The position numbers were made by a program, and so were the translations under genes. From NCBI RefSeq assembly GCF_001904725.1, contig NZ_MRCE01000032.1:1-64000 (forward strand): 64,000 nt of DNA, read 5' to 3'. This DNA is from [Phormidium ambiguum] IAM M-71 (lineage in GTDB: Bacteria; Cyanobacteriota; Cyanobacteriia; Cyanobacteriales; Aerosakkonemataceae). Positions 1 to 10,041 of the stretch are shown in pieces. The notes below the pieces were generated by a model. It did not search any database and was not told the DNA's origin. It worked only from the letters and a program-made list of their open reading frames with translations. Numbering within the stretch: position 1 is the first letter of the stretch; every line of letters begins with the position of its first letter.

Positions 1-18
1 CAGTTGCTCTCCATTTAA

Positions 19-336
19 TCAATCCTCAACATTTAAGAAATTGGTTTGCTCGTTGCTGCTACTGTACCTCTTAACAGCGCAAAGCGCTGTAAGTAATAGG
101 CTTAAATCAAGGCGTTCCTGATGTGTCAGGGACGCTTTGCCGTCAATGCCTGGGGTTTTCTTCCCTGCATTAAGCTGTGTTACTTGTCGGATTGCCAGTA
201 ATCTTGTTGCACGGGACTTCAGGATTAGCTTTTGTAATGACTTAGCTTTACGCAGGATTAAAGTCAGCGACTCCCTTACAAGAGCCGCTGCTCTCCAGAA
301 CGGAACGTGATAGTTTCCCATCATTCCGCTCCTCAT
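19..336 (-). pseudogene. Truncated N-terminal fragment (105 aa) of a second group II intron reverse transcriptase
   Basis: The translation aligns residue by residue with the N-terminus of the adjacent full RT, including its initial Met: MMGNYHVPFW...RLLAIRQVTQLNAGKKTPGIDGKASLTHQERLDL versus MGNHKVNW...KCLAVRRVTQDNQGKSTAGVDGKKSLTPNQRLEL. It stops after 105 aa. Its start overlaps the upstream ORF stop (ATGA). Confidence 0.5.
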
Positions 337-2033
337 TTATCCGCTTCCTTGACATTGGAGCTAGCTAAGACTGACATCATTGCAGTCTTCTTGTCGTGGC
401 AATGGCGATGGAGAAGTTGGAGGTTGCTAAAGGAGTTTTTACCTCCGAGGCGTTTCTCAATGGTGTGGTCTTTCTCCATTAAGTCTCCATCCATAAAGTT
501 ATGGCGACAATAGGCACACTTACCGTCTTGGCGCTTCAGCAATTTTGCCACTGTTGCGTCCATTTCAGGATGTTCCCCAAGGCGCGTACTCCAGTAGATT
601 AAATCGCCGTCAAATGGGCTTTTGGCTCCCTTAACTTTCTTATGCCTTACTATAGGTGTTCGGGCGTGGGATAGTAGCCAGCAAGGGTTCTTGGAATCTT
701 GACTGGTGGAGAAGGTCATGGCATCGTAGTCTCCTTGTCGGATTCTGTGCCAGTACCGTTCGTATACCCATTTTCCAGTTTTGGATGCGTGACGGCGTTT
801 CCCCCAATTTCTAAGGCTCCAATTCAAGAGGTGGTCTAGTTTCCCAAACGTCTCTTTACTCACCACTGCGCTGTAGTAATTTGACCAGCCTCTGATTATC
901 GGGTTGAGTTTGCCGATTAGTGCCGATTGTGGCGCTGCTTTCATTCTTACTATGATGTCAGCGAGTTTTTGATGGTGAGCTTGTACCTTTTCTTTCTGGG
1001 GTTTGATGAGAGTTACAAATCCCTGTTTGCTCTGATGTTTACCAATTTTGTGTTGGCAAATGTTGAAACCAAGGAAGTTAAATCCTGGTTTCTGGTTGTC
1101 ATGATTGATTAAGGTATGGACAACCCGTGTTTTATCGGGGTGTAACTCAAGACCGATTGATGCTAGGAATTCCGATGCGCCCTTTATGCAAGCCTCTAAT
1201 ACCTTTAGGTCTTTGTGAAGAATTACAAAATCGTCGGCATATCTTACTACTCCAAGTTCGTGCTTTGTAGTAGCGTTGGACTTAAAGCAGCTTCTAATAT
1301 GCTGTTCCATCCCGTGCAGGGCAATGTTAGCCAAGAGGGGGCTTATCACTCCCCCTTGAGGAGTCCCTGCATGGGTTGGCTCCCATTGGTAATTGAGGAT
1401 GTATCCTGCCTTTAGCCAAGATTTGACTTGGCGGCGTAATGCCGGGAAGGTATTCAGTTTGTGCAGCAGTGCCTTGTGGTCGATACGGTCGAAGCATTTG
1501 CTTATATCCGCATCAAACACATATTTAGGTTTTTGGGCAATGCTGATGAAGATAGATTGAATAGCATCGTGGCACGACCTTCCTGGTCTGAAGCCATAGG
1601 AATTTTCTTCAAACCGCGCTTCCCATTCTGGTTCCAGTGCGAGTTTGACCAGGCACTGTAATGCTCTGTCTGACATTGTGGGAATTCCGAGGGGACGCTT
1701 TTCGGCCTTTCCGGGTTTTGGAATCATCACCCTTCGTGTGGCTTTGGCTTTTGTACCTGGTTTTAGTGTTGCCACCAATTCCAGGCGCTGATTAGGTGTC
1801 AAGGATTTTTTCCCATCCACTCCAGCCGTAGATTTACCCTGATTATCCTGCGTTACCCTACGAACCGCTAGACATTTTGCGGCAAAGGATTTCATCAAAA
1901 GCTTCTGAAGTCGTCGCATTGTGCCGACATCACCACGTTGGCTTGCCTTGAATATTCGCTTTTGGAGGCGGTAGACATGACGATGGAATTTCTTCCATAC
2001 GATGTCTTTCCAGTTCACCTTATGGTTGCCCAT
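333..2033 (-). CDS. Group II intron-encoded reverse transcriptase/maturase with C-terminal HNH endonuclease (LtrA-like)
   Basis: RT motifs are present, including YADDFVIL (the YADD catalytic box). A maturase/X region follows. The C-terminal HNH is CAYCRHNF...HTIEKRLGGKNSFSNLQLLHRHCH. Confidence 0.9.
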   Translation of the reverse strand: MGNHKVNWKDIVWKKFHRHVYRLQKRIFKASQRGDVGTMRRLQKLLMKSFAAKCLAVRRVTQDNQGKSTAGVDGKKSLTPNQRLELVATLKPGTKAKATRRVMIPKPGKAEKRPLGIPTMSDRALQCLVKLALEPEWEARFEENSYGFRPGRSCHDAIQSIFISIAQKPKYVFDADISKCFDRIDHKALLHKLNTFPALRRQVKSWLKAGYILNYQWEPTHAGTPQGGVISPLLANIALHGMEQHIRSCFKSNATTKHELGVVRYADDFVILHKDLKVLEACIKGASEFLASIGLELHPDKTRVVHTLINHDNQKPGFNFLGFNICQHKIGKHQSKQGFVTLIKPQKEKVQAHHQKLADIIVRMKAAPQSALIGKLNPIIRGWSNYYSAVVSKETFGKLDHLLNWSLRNWGKRRHASKTGKWVYERYWHRIRQGDYDAMTFSTSQDSKNPCWLLSHARTPIVRHKKVKGAKSPFDGDLIYWSTRLGEHPEMDATVAKLLKRQDGKCAYCRHNFMDGDLMEKDHTIEKRLGGKNSFSNLQLLHRHCHDKKTAMMSVLASSNVKEADK

Positions 2034-3008
2034 AGTTTTGATATTTCCTCTGACTCGGACTATTCATATCGGACAAACGTGAGTCCGTCTGCGTATCCTG
2101 GGCATTACCCCAGGCATTAGCTTCTGACTCTATCTTTCCTATCCCTAGTTTTTGGTTAACACCTACCTCTGGTATTCGACCTCCAGAGGAACATACGGAA
2201 GGTTACTTCGTTCCTTATAGGCACATTGGACTTTTAGGGTGTTACTCTCTGCGAGGTAGTTTTGAGGATACCTGCACTTAAACGAATTCATGCAGCTTAC
2301 CACCGTTGACTTGTTTTGTCTGTGGCGTATCAACCTTGTTTCGCCACTTTCGAGTTACCGCAGTTCAAACGTAACTTCCTTTCGTACCCATGAGTCCTAG
2401 CCGAATGACACTATTTCAGGTTCGATTTCATGTCATCTTTTGTCCCGCTTCTCGGATTGATGGTTAGTCGCTACCGAGGGGAGATGGCTTCACTCTGTAT
2501 CTTGAGGGATGGGCTTGTCGTTCTGGGATACTTGACTCACCATCTTGCCTATAAAGTTGTCAAGGTTCAGATTTCTCTGTTCCTCGCCAGTCATCCCTAA
2601 GTATTGCTACTTAATTTCGACTGAACGAATCGCACTCATTGGCTCGAATAGCTTTGTAAACCCTCATTTGCAGGCGGAATAGGTTACGCCGAAATTTCTT
2701 CCAGGGTAATTTCTTCCAAAATTCGCTAGCACTAAGACTGCGCCTAATCATGCTCTACTTAATTAGTGTTTACTCTGATCGCCTTTCAGCAATTACGCTG
2801 AATCCTACCCGAATCTAGGGGTTTCCGCGCCTCGTCTTGCCTACCTGGGGTTCGACCTTTCCCAAGACCTTAGATTCGTTTTTCTTCGTTCCCTCAAGTG
2901 ATTGTCTCGTTCCTGTAGGTGTAGCCAATTCAACTGCTAGAAACCCTTGGTAAGGCTAGTCTCGCAAACACAAGCTAGCGGGTTTTGACTCTAGCGAAGT
3001 CCGGGGGG

Positions 3009-4844
3009 TTATTCTTTTCCGTCCGACTTTGGGGTAAGTTGCTTTTTTAGGCTCGGTTTCACCTTGGGAACTCCCCTAGCGCCAGTGTGCTTATAGTTAT
3101 GAATGATGCTATTAATTTTATCCACACAACCATAAGCTGGATGGTTAGGGTTAGCAACTGACTCGCTATCAATTCTGAGAATTCGTTTATGGGGAAATCG
3201 CTTTTGCAGTTGCGTTTCCAAGTTAATACAAGACCATTTTCCCTTAACTTTTTGGGAATCTTCCACCACCATGATCCGGGTGCGTTGATAGTCTTGGCTC
3301 ACATTTTGAGATAAAATTCTCTCCATCTGAGCAAACAGCGGTGCAGGGTTGCTAGTAGCGAAGAAAGTCACATCCCGTCCTGTTGTTGGTTTCCAATCAT
3401 TGACCGCTATCCAAGGCTCAATGGGGATGCCTGCCAAGGATATCAGATAGTCGATCGACAAATCCGATAAGTCAGCATCTTGGGCAACGACTAAGCCACC
3501 ACTGGTCAAAACGTTGTGGATTAGTTGTTGGAAAGTCTCCAAGATAGCCACCCGGTTCTCGTAGCAGGTGCTAGAGTTTAGGGCGTGCCAAATCACTTGT
3601 TCGCACTCATCGATAATGACGATCGCACCTTCCCAATCTTCCGGGTGAAAATTCGCATGCGACAAAGGATGCAGACTATCAATGCAAAGACCGTATCCGA
3701 ATAGTTTACCAGCAGTCGAATCTCTAGTTTCGTCGATGTAGTTAACTCCCAGAGTCGCACAGATCGCCCTACCCAGTTGAATCCGGTGAGTAATAATCAA
3801 CACGCGACGATTACCCGTATGGAGAGCATCAGAAACGAGATTGATTAAACCTTGAGTTTTTCCCGTCCCTTTAGGCGATTGGATGCCCACCAACCCCGAC
3901 TGTGGATATGGTACTTCTTCCAGGTAGCGCTGGCAGAGCCTTAAAGCCACCGGATAGGTCAATTGCCACGATTGCCTAGTTTGCCAAAACGAAAAGGCTT
4001 GTGCGCCCTCGTAGAGGTCACAGAACGCATCCTCGCCTTGGACTACCACAAAATCATCAACGCCTTTCTCTGGCCCCGGCAAGCAGATGACTTTCACCCC
4101 ACATTCAGCAGCCTGGAAGCATTGACCTAGTTTGTCAATTTCCCGGTTGACATTCCGAATAGTTTGGCGTTTGATGTCATGGTCGAAGCCGATGTAGATT
4201 TCTCGACCAGAGGTAGCGAAGTGTTGCAGTTCCGGGACGAGATAGGGAGAGCATTTTTCCCCGAACTGGGTTTTAGTGCGAACGCCCCCAGTGACCCCGG
4301 GGAGGGCAATAGCGGCGTAGCCCAAAGTGAGCAGGCAACCTGCTTTTTTAGCGCCTTCAACGATGACTATGGGCAGGTTCTTCGCCCATACCCATTGCCA
4401 GAAGCCCTGTTGCCTGTCTTCAGAGGTGATCGGGACATGGTAGCGTTCTGAGACTTGTTCCCAAATGCGGTCAGGGACTTGCAGGAAAAAGACTCTGGTG
4501 GGAGTTTGGGGCGGGTGTTCGTACTTGATGATTTTCCCTTCAGCGCCACAGCGGGGAGTGTTGGGTTTGAAGCAGCCCCACTGCATCGGTTGCCAGTTGT
4601 CTAAGGGGTCAAGTCCCGCACACCACCAACCGCCAGCTGCGATGTGACTGTATTTTTTCCTAGCCCAGCGCCATTGGGCATCGGAGTGGACTCTGCCAGA
4701 GGCAGCTTCGATTTCGTACAGGAGGTAGGCGTAAGGGGTGTCGCCTGTGACGACACGGACGTTGAGGGCGAAGATGAGGGGGTCTACGCCGCTACTTTGC
4801 CATTCATCGAAGGGTGCCGGAGAATTAAACATCGCGCACCCCAA
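3009..4844 (-). CDS. Plasmid replication initiator of the primase-helicase type (cyanobacterial RepA-like: primase-like N-terminal region plus P-loop NTPase)
   Basis: Walker A is GIQSPKGTGKTQ and Walker B is VIIDECEQV. An N-terminal primase/Toprim-like region is present. Iterons lie immediately upstream. Confidence 0.6.
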   Translation of the reverse strand: MGCAMFNSPAPFDEWQSSGVDPLIFALNVRVVTGDTPYAYLLYEIEAASGRVHSDAQWRWARKKYSHIAAGGWWCAGLDPLDNWQPMQWGCFKPNTPRCGAEGKIIKYEHPPQTPTRVFFLQVPDRIWEQVSERYHVPITSEDRQQGFWQWVWAKNLPIVIVEGAKKAGCLLTLGYAAIALPGVTGGVRTKTQFGEKCSPYLVPELQHFATSGREIYIGFDHDIKRQTIRNVNREIDKLGQCFQAAECGVKVICLPGPEKGVDDFVVVQGEDAFCDLYEGAQAFSFWQTRQSWQLTYPVALRLCQRYLEEVPYPQSGLVGIQSPKGTGKTQGLINLVSDALHTGNRRVLIITHRIQLGRAICATLGVNYIDETRDSTAGKLFGYGLCIDSLHPLSHANFHPEDWEGAIVIIDECEQVIWHALNSSTCYENRVAILETFQQLIHNVLTSGGLVVAQDADLSDLSIDYLISLAGIPIEPWIAVNDWKPTTGRDVTFFATSNPAPLFAQMERILSQNVSQDYQRTRIMVVEDSQKVKGKWSCINLETQLQKRFPHKRILRIDSESVANPNHPAYGCVDKINSIIHNYKHTGARGVPKVKPSLKKQLTPKSDGKE

Positions 4845-5016
4845 TACTTGCTCTGTCGATCAAAATCTTCATCGGGCTATTCCTTGCTTGGGAATAACCG
4901 TTCTTTTTCTCATGTTCTGAAAATTCCTGCTTGCACGCCGATCAAAGATAATTAAGTTAATCCAGGCGTAATAAAACGCTAAAACGCTTGCTGTTAAATA
5001 GTTTCAAAATTAACTT

Positions 5017-5080
5017 GTCACCAGATCCGGGTGTTTTTGTCACCAGATCCGGGTGTTTTTGTCACCAGATCCGGGTGTGT
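5017..5080. repeat. Three tandem 22-bp direct repeats (gtcaccagatccgggtgttttt), which are iteron-like
   Basis: Copies 1 and 2 are exact. Copy 3 diverges at its 3' end. The repeats lie about 170 bp upstream of the rep start codon. Confidence 0.85.
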
Positions 5081-5208
5081 CCGTAATAATTTTCTAAGCC
5101 ATGCCCCGTATGGGTTTGAGGCTTGTTTTGGGCTAAATTTTTCCTTATTACGCAAAAGCCCAGCTTTTATTACGGGCTAGGCTGCGGTTTGAAATGGGTG
5201 ATAATGCT

Positions 5209-7023
5209 TTAGATAGACAGTTCGGGTAGCACTTTAGGCAAAATTTTCCTGAGTTTAGCCGCAGTTTGGGGACTGATTGGCTTGCCTTTCTGAAGTTGGC
5301 AGACTAGCGGCTGGGATATGCCCAGCTTTTCAGCAATGAAACTTTGCTTCGTCCAACCCTTTGCTTCACAAGCCTTCTGTATTGGTTCCCACTCTAACTG
5401 CGCAGAAGATGCTGATTTCCGTTTTCGGGGCAAAGATTCTGACTTTTTAGCAGCTATCAGGGCGGGAATTTTACCGGGAGGCTTGATAGTAATCCCAGCT
5501 TCTAGCAGTAATTCAATAATTCTTTTTTTGCAATCTTTAGGTTTACCTATTGTACTTCCAGGTCGTAACCATTCTGGATAAGTTTCAGAGTCATATAGAA
5601 TCTGCCAATCTAACTCAATCAATCGTATTAAAGCTTTATCCCAACGTTGTTTCAGCTTACCAGCATAGCGATGATCTTTACGGGCTAATTCAATCTCATT
5701 TTTTGGCATCACCATCTCTAACACGGTCTTAATCGTGTATTTTCCATTGGTATGAATGGCGCTTTCTGTTGTTATATTGATGGCAATTAAGAACGCCAGC
5801 TCATCATGATACGGATTCATTTTGAGCGTCGATTCGGAAATCCAACCAAACTCATATAACGCAACTGGAGGAGTGGAATTCTTACCTTGCTTATTAAAGA
5901 AAAATTCCGCCCACCTCCCTGTCCGAATGAACGCTACTATTTCTGTTGGTTCTTCAATTTCATCTGTGAAAATATTGCGTTGTCCATAGCGTTCTATAGC
6001 AATATCCCAAATCAGGGAATTCATATCGCATCCCAGTTTTCCCACATTCCACTTAATAGTTGCATCCAATTTTCTTAGCAGCTTCAAACATTGCTCTATT
6101 TTGAGTAATTTCTGGGAAGTAGTCATATCTTTTCGCTCACCCCAACCCATTAAATTTATTAAATTAGTGCCGCCATTTTTCCCAGTTCCAGCTAACTTAA
6201 TTTCAGTTCTCCAAGGTTCAGGTTGCCGAAAAACATATGCAGACAGTAAACAGTGCAGTTTAGCGGTATCTTTACCCAAACTGCCAAATTCCTCAATAAT
6301 TCCCCAGGCTGCCTTGCCTGTAAAGTAAAAATATTCTTTAGTAACTGGGTCTTTATCTTTTAAAGCTAACTTGACAAAACCCGTGCTGTAACGATCCCAA
6401 AAAAACACATTTTTATGGATATCTTCCTGCCAATTCCAGATTCTGAGTAATGATTTACAAGCCGTTCTAGGAGGGGCTGAAGTGAGCAATTGAGTGATAG
6501 TGTTGCTAATAAATAGCTGAGGTTCTGTTGCTGGAACTGTTTTTGAAGCTAACCCCAGCATTGCGGTTAACTCATCTATTGTCCGATTGGATAAATCTAG
6601 TGGTTCTAGAAAACTCAAAGCTGAATCAACAGCCACCTTTTTCCATAAACTTTCCTCGGTTCTACCTGTCTGAAGCCAGGGGGTAATATGATTCAATATC
6701 TCCTCTGCTGTTGAAGAGTAGAAATCATTATCAACTATCTGCTGTCTGAGAAACTTTTCGAGTTCATCAACACACTTAGGACTAAAACCTTCTAATGTTT
6801 CATCCCTTTTAGTAATTTCGGCATGAATTCCCATTGCTACATTCAAGGCCAAGGTTTCTAAAAAATTCCCCTGTCTTAGCTTTTGGGCATATTCTTGAAT
6901 GCGGTTATAGTCTATTGAGTTATATGTTGCCGATAATATCAATACTGCCTTACCAGCTCTCTCTGGCTGCTCTGAGGTTCCTAGTTGTGTATTGATATTA
7001 ATTTTATTATTTGTTCCTGGCAT
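5209..7023 (-). CDS. Large hypothetical protein (604 aa) with a C-terminal XRE-type helix-turn-helix
   Basis: The C-terminus reads KQSFIAEKLGISQPLVCQLQKGKPISPQTAAKL, which is HTH-like. No other motif was recognised. The gene is adjacent to the iterons. Confidence 0.45.
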   Translation of the reverse strand: MPGTNNKININTQLGTSEQPERAGKAVLILSATYNSIDYNRIQEYAQKLRQGNFLETLALNVAMGIHAEITKRDETLEGFSPKCVDELEKFLRQQIVDNDFYSSTAEEILNHITPWLQTGRTEESLWKKVAVDSALSFLEPLDLSNRTIDELTAMLGLASKTVPATEPQLFISNTITQLLTSAPPRTACKSLLRIWNWQEDIHKNVFFWDRYSTGFVKLALKDKDPVTKEYFYFTGKAAWGIIEEFGSLGKDTAKLHCLLSAYVFRQPEPWRTEIKLAGTGKNGGTNLINLMGWGERKDMTTSQKLLKIEQCLKLLRKLDATIKWNVGKLGCDMNSLIWDIAIERYGQRNIFTDEIEEPTEIVAFIRTGRWAEFFFNKQGKNSTPPVALYEFGWISESTLKMNPYHDELAFLIAINITTESAIHTNGKYTIKTVLEMVMPKNEIELARKDHRYAGKLKQRWDKALIRLIELDWQILYDSETYPEWLRPGSTIGKPKDCKKRIIELLLEAGITIKPPGKIPALIAAKKSESLPRKRKSASSAQLEWEPIQKACEAKGWTKQSFIAEKLGISQPLVCQLQKGKPISPQTAAKLRKILPKVLPELSI

Positions 7024-7097
7024 TAGTTAGGCTTTCCCTGAAATTGCTAAATAGTAAAGTGAGCTAAGGAAAGAATTAGTGAATTAATGCGGACTTC

Positions 7098-8207
7098 CTA
7101 AGCTGTTGTTTCTTCAGAAAATTCAATAGCTGCTTCAGTTTCAACAGTTACGTTGTAGTGGGAAACGTCTGAAACCGAAACATCGATCCAATCTACAATT
7201 GTTGACACGGTATCGTTGCAGGAGTTAGCTGCACTGTGGGGAATAGGAATAGTTTCAGCAGGAGTGGAACTGCTTGTCTTAAGTGCTGCTTCTAAAACTT
7301 TGGCTACCCAGTCCACCAAAATCAATCCTTCTCCTCTAGCAGCATCTTGTATCAGGGATTGCAAGTGTGCGGGAAGCTGTAAAGTTAAGGTGAAAGTTTC
7401 TGTTGATAATGGCGTTCTTTTGGCTTGCTCAGGGCTTGCCTGTCGATTAGTCCAGAATTCGCATTCTGCTCCCCTTTCGTTGCCGTCCTTTTCAATAAAG
7501 TTCAATTTTCCTAACTGGTAGCAGTAAAAACTATGGGGGTCATCTAGGGACTTACGGCTGCAATGGTAGCAGTTCCAACAGCTTCGTGAATCAGTTCCCG
7601 CTTGACTTTGTGGCTTTTTGGAGATGTTCTTGTTCTTAGAGTTAGAACCTGAACCTTTTTGCTGATATTCTTTGGCAATTTGGGCAACATGAGTGGATGT
7701 AACTCTACCTTTAGGAGCAGTAGAGACGGCTTTAGCCCAAGCTTCCTGTTGCTTTTCGGGAGGGAGCGTCACCAAAGGACGAGTTTGACGCTCGTTGGCG
7801 GGAAGAATCTGTGCGCCATGGCGCACATTTTCATAAACTCTGGCTGCCTCAATTAATTGGTAAGCAGAACGACGAGACATTTCCCAATGATTAATACAGT
7901 AATCATCAAAGGTTCCGTACTCTTGTCGATATAAACGCCGCTCTCGAATTTGTCCTAAAGCTTGTCCTATCTCCCAAAATGCTTTCAGACCCTGTTCAAC
8001 TTTAGCTTCCAAGCTACTCAGTTCTATTAACTCAGCTTCTGAAAGTTTGTTTCCTGTAAATGAATTTTTAGCATTAACTTCTTTTAGCTGGGAGTCCTGT
8101 ACTGACCCAACAGGCGTAGTAGAATTAGCTAATGACTGTTTAGACGCATCAAGATGATCAACGGTGTCTGATATTAGCATTGATTCATATATCGAAATAT
8201 CGAACAT
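7098..8207 (-). CDS. Hypothetical protein (369 aa) with a conserved plasmid-associated N-terminal domain, a CCHC cysteine cluster and an acidic C-terminus
   Basis: The block AFWEIGQALGQIRERRLYRQEYGTFDDYCINHWEMSRRSAYQLIEAARV resembles the DUF3102-type domain. A CWNCYHC cluster is present. Confidence 0.4.
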   Translation of the reverse strand: MFDISIYESMLISDTVDHLDASKQSLANSTTPVGSVQDSQLKEVNAKNSFTGNKLSEAELIELSSLEAKVEQGLKAFWEIGQALGQIRERRLYRQEYGTFDDYCINHWEMSRRSAYQLIEAARVYENVRHGAQILPANERQTRPLVTLPPEKQQEAWAKAVSTAPKGRVTSTHVAQIAKEYQQKGSGSNSKNKNISKKPQSQAGTDSRSCWNCYHCSRKSLDDPHSFYCYQLGKLNFIEKDGNERGAECEFWTNRQASPEQAKRTPLSTETFTLTLQLPAHLQSLIQDAARGEGLILVDWVAKVLEAALKTSSSTPAETIPIPHSAANSCNDTVSTIVDWIDVSVSDVSHYNVTVETEAAIEFSEETTA

Positions 8208-8518
8208 TTTGCATCATGCCATAACTAATATTGCAATGTGCAAGCTTAATGACAAGGATGCTTAAAGTTTCTTAACTAATTTGCTCTTATAGCCAGCTTT
8301 ACTGCTTTATCGAACAAGTAAATGATGTGATGAAAGCGGAGAAGGAATCTTTACTGATACGTCGGATGGTCAGTTGCCACACCCTTGTAAATTTAGAAAT
8401 TTTCCTTTTAAATTAGATAGGTAAGTAACCTCTATAATCTCTGACAATTCTTATCCTAGATATTACTCATCATGGAGGGTAGGCAGAGGATAATAGTAGT
8501 GATACAAAGACTAAAATA

Positions 8519-8983
8519 GTGTGTAGTTATACTGCAAAGGTTAGACTTGTGACTGTTAGCTCTGTGTCTTCTCCTCTCCAAGAACGTCAAAAGCGGCTGA
8601 CTCAACTAATTGAGCAACTGCTAGAAGAGGGCTGGACTCAAAGTAGTTTAGCCAATGCCGTTGGTGTAGATTTTTCAACAGTACATCGGTGGTTAAGAGG
8701 CAAAACTATTCCTGATGTTGATTCTAAAAACTTTCGGCAATTGGCAAAGTTAAGTGGTGGCAATACAGCAACACTACAACTTTATTTAGATGGCGAAATT
8801 TCTTTATCAGAATACCGTAACGGTTTTGAGAAGAAAACAATAACAGAAGTACGGGATATCACTAAGAAATCAGCATCTGATGATATTAAAAGGGAGATAT
8901 TAGCGAAAATTAAGGCACTAGAGCCAGCTGATATTGTGGATGTAATTTCCTCATCAGCAGCATTTTTAGCTAATCAAGTGTGA
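8519..8983 (+). CDS. XRE-family HTH transcriptional regulator
   Basis: The HTH reads GWTQSSLANAVGVDFSTVHRWLRGKTIP. The true start may lie downstream of the annotated Met. Confidence 0.6.
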   Translation: MCSYTAKVRLVTVSSVSSPLQERQKRLTQLIEQLLEEGWTQSSLANAVGVDFSTVHRWLRGKTIPDVDSKNFRQLAKLSGGNTATLQLYLDGEISLSEYRNGFEKKTITEVRDITKKSASDDIKREILAKIKALEPADIVDVISSSAAFLANQV

Positions 8984-9107
8984 AGCAAGATAACAGTTAA
9001 AAAGTTATAGCAATTACTTAATTTTAGCAAAAATAATTTAATTTTTAATTTCCATGTTTTGACCTGTCCAATCTGGTTTAAGTTTTTCCGTCATTATTAC
9101 GAATAGC

Positions 9108-9308
9108 AAAGTTTAATAGCGGCGGGAAAGCGATCGCCATTCCTACCGATGTCACCAAACCGGAGGCTTGTCAAAATTTTATAGAAAAATCAATGAAAAC
9201 TTTTGGCGCTATCGATGGATTGGTGAATAATACCGGGATTTCCATGTTTGCCAAGGTTGAAGAAGTGACAGATGTTTCTATATTCGATCGCTATGATGCT
9301 TTTTCACA
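9108..9308 (+). pseudogene. Internal fragment of a short-chain dehydrogenase/reductase (SDR)
   Basis: Translation gives SGGKAIAIPTDVTKPEACQNFIEKSMKTFGAIDGLVNNTGISMFAKVEEVTDVSIFDRYDAF. The GxIDxLVNNAGI motif is typical of SDRs. There is no start codon and a stop lies upstream. Confidence 0.6.
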
Positions 9309-9314
9309 ATTCAT

Positions 9315-9848
9315 TTAGATTGACTTAGACTGACTGTAATGTACCTCAAAAGGAATTGTTACTCCAAAAACTTGTTCAATCTCATTACGAATGGCTTCGG
9401 CGTTACCCCACACAATATCGCTAGTAGTATGACTACGAGAAGACACTTCATTTTCAATAAGTTGGCAGTAATCATTACCATTGCGGTCAACAAAAAAGCC
9501 ATAAGTGCGACAAGCAATAGGACGTGCATCGTAAATCAGACAAGCACCCTCATTTTCATCAAGATAGGGACAAACAACCTGTGAGCTTACGGTATTTTCT
9601 GCTATTTGCACCAAAAGATGATTGATTTTCTGTTCGACTTCGATGCGGATGGGTTTCGGTAATGCAACAACTGCTTCATCAATACGCGCCCATTCCTGTA
9701 AACTCAGTTCGGGAGGCTGTGCCAGCTGACGACAACATTGTGAGCAGCCCCGGCGACACGGCCACCAGTCACGCGAAGTACGAATGTCTTGCACACGGGC
9801 TTCCACACGCTCTTCGAGATAGAGTAATTTTTGTTGTGCTTCCTTCAT
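9315..9848 (-). CDS. YkgJ-family (UPF0153) CxxCxxCC zinc/iron-chelating domain protein
   Basis: The CRRGCSQCCR motif and later conserved Cys residues are present. Confidence 0.6.
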   Translation of the reverse strand: MKEAQQKLLYLEERVEARVQDIRTSRDWWPCRRGCSQCCRQLAQPPELSLQEWARIDEAVVALPKPIRIEVEQKINHLLVQIAENTVSSQVVCPYLDENEGACLIYDARPIACRTYGFFVDRNGNDYCQLIENEVSSRSHTTSDIVWGNAEAIRNEIEQVFGVTIPFEVHYSQSKSI

Positions 9849-10041
9849 TAAACCTGTATTTTTCTACCAAATAAGCCTCAAACCTGCATTATTATCACCC
9901 AAATTAGCTGTCGAATAACAGGCTACTAACCATTACTGGGACAAATCTGTTTCCTTCCCCAGTGTACGTAGTTCAGCTATTACTAAGAAATAATGGCTAG
10001 CGCCATTTTAAAATACGATTCCAATTGATAAACCAAGCTTA

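Larger units (their letters stand above)
19..2635 (-). mobile_element. Group II intron. The 5' end is predicted at the GUGCG (minus strand) at 2635. The 3' boundary is not resolved and the second RT fragment is included.
   Basis: The only GTGCG on the minus strand in the upstream region lies about 600 nt 5' of the RT start. This matches the expected length of intron domains I-III. The intron sits in non-coding DNA downstream of the rep gene. Confidence 0.55.

Noticed and set aside
250-335. Group II intron domain V/VI downstream of the RT stop
   Set aside because: I could not fold a convincing 34-nt domain V. There is only a short GAGAGC-AGCG-GCTCTT hairpin, and the region is occupied by the second RT-like frame. 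The 3' boundary is left unresolved.
307-2120. Plus-strand ORFs 307..513, 927..1112, 1215..1415, 1461..1661 and 1938..2120
   Set aside because: They are antisense to the well-supported RT gene, have low complexity and no motifs, and are spurious.
4127-4955. Several 60-103 aa ORFs on both strands (4127..4360, 4164..4451, 4367..4549, 4465..4647, 4644..4955, 4738..4920)
   Set aside because: All lie inside or antisense to the 611-aa rep gene and have no motifs. They are treated as shadow ORFs.
5017-5080. Possible CRISPR array
   Set aside because: The region holds only three contiguous 22-bp copies with no intervening spacers, directly upstream of a rep gene. They are iterons, not CRISPR. No CRISPR-like repeat-spacer array was seen anywhere in the window.
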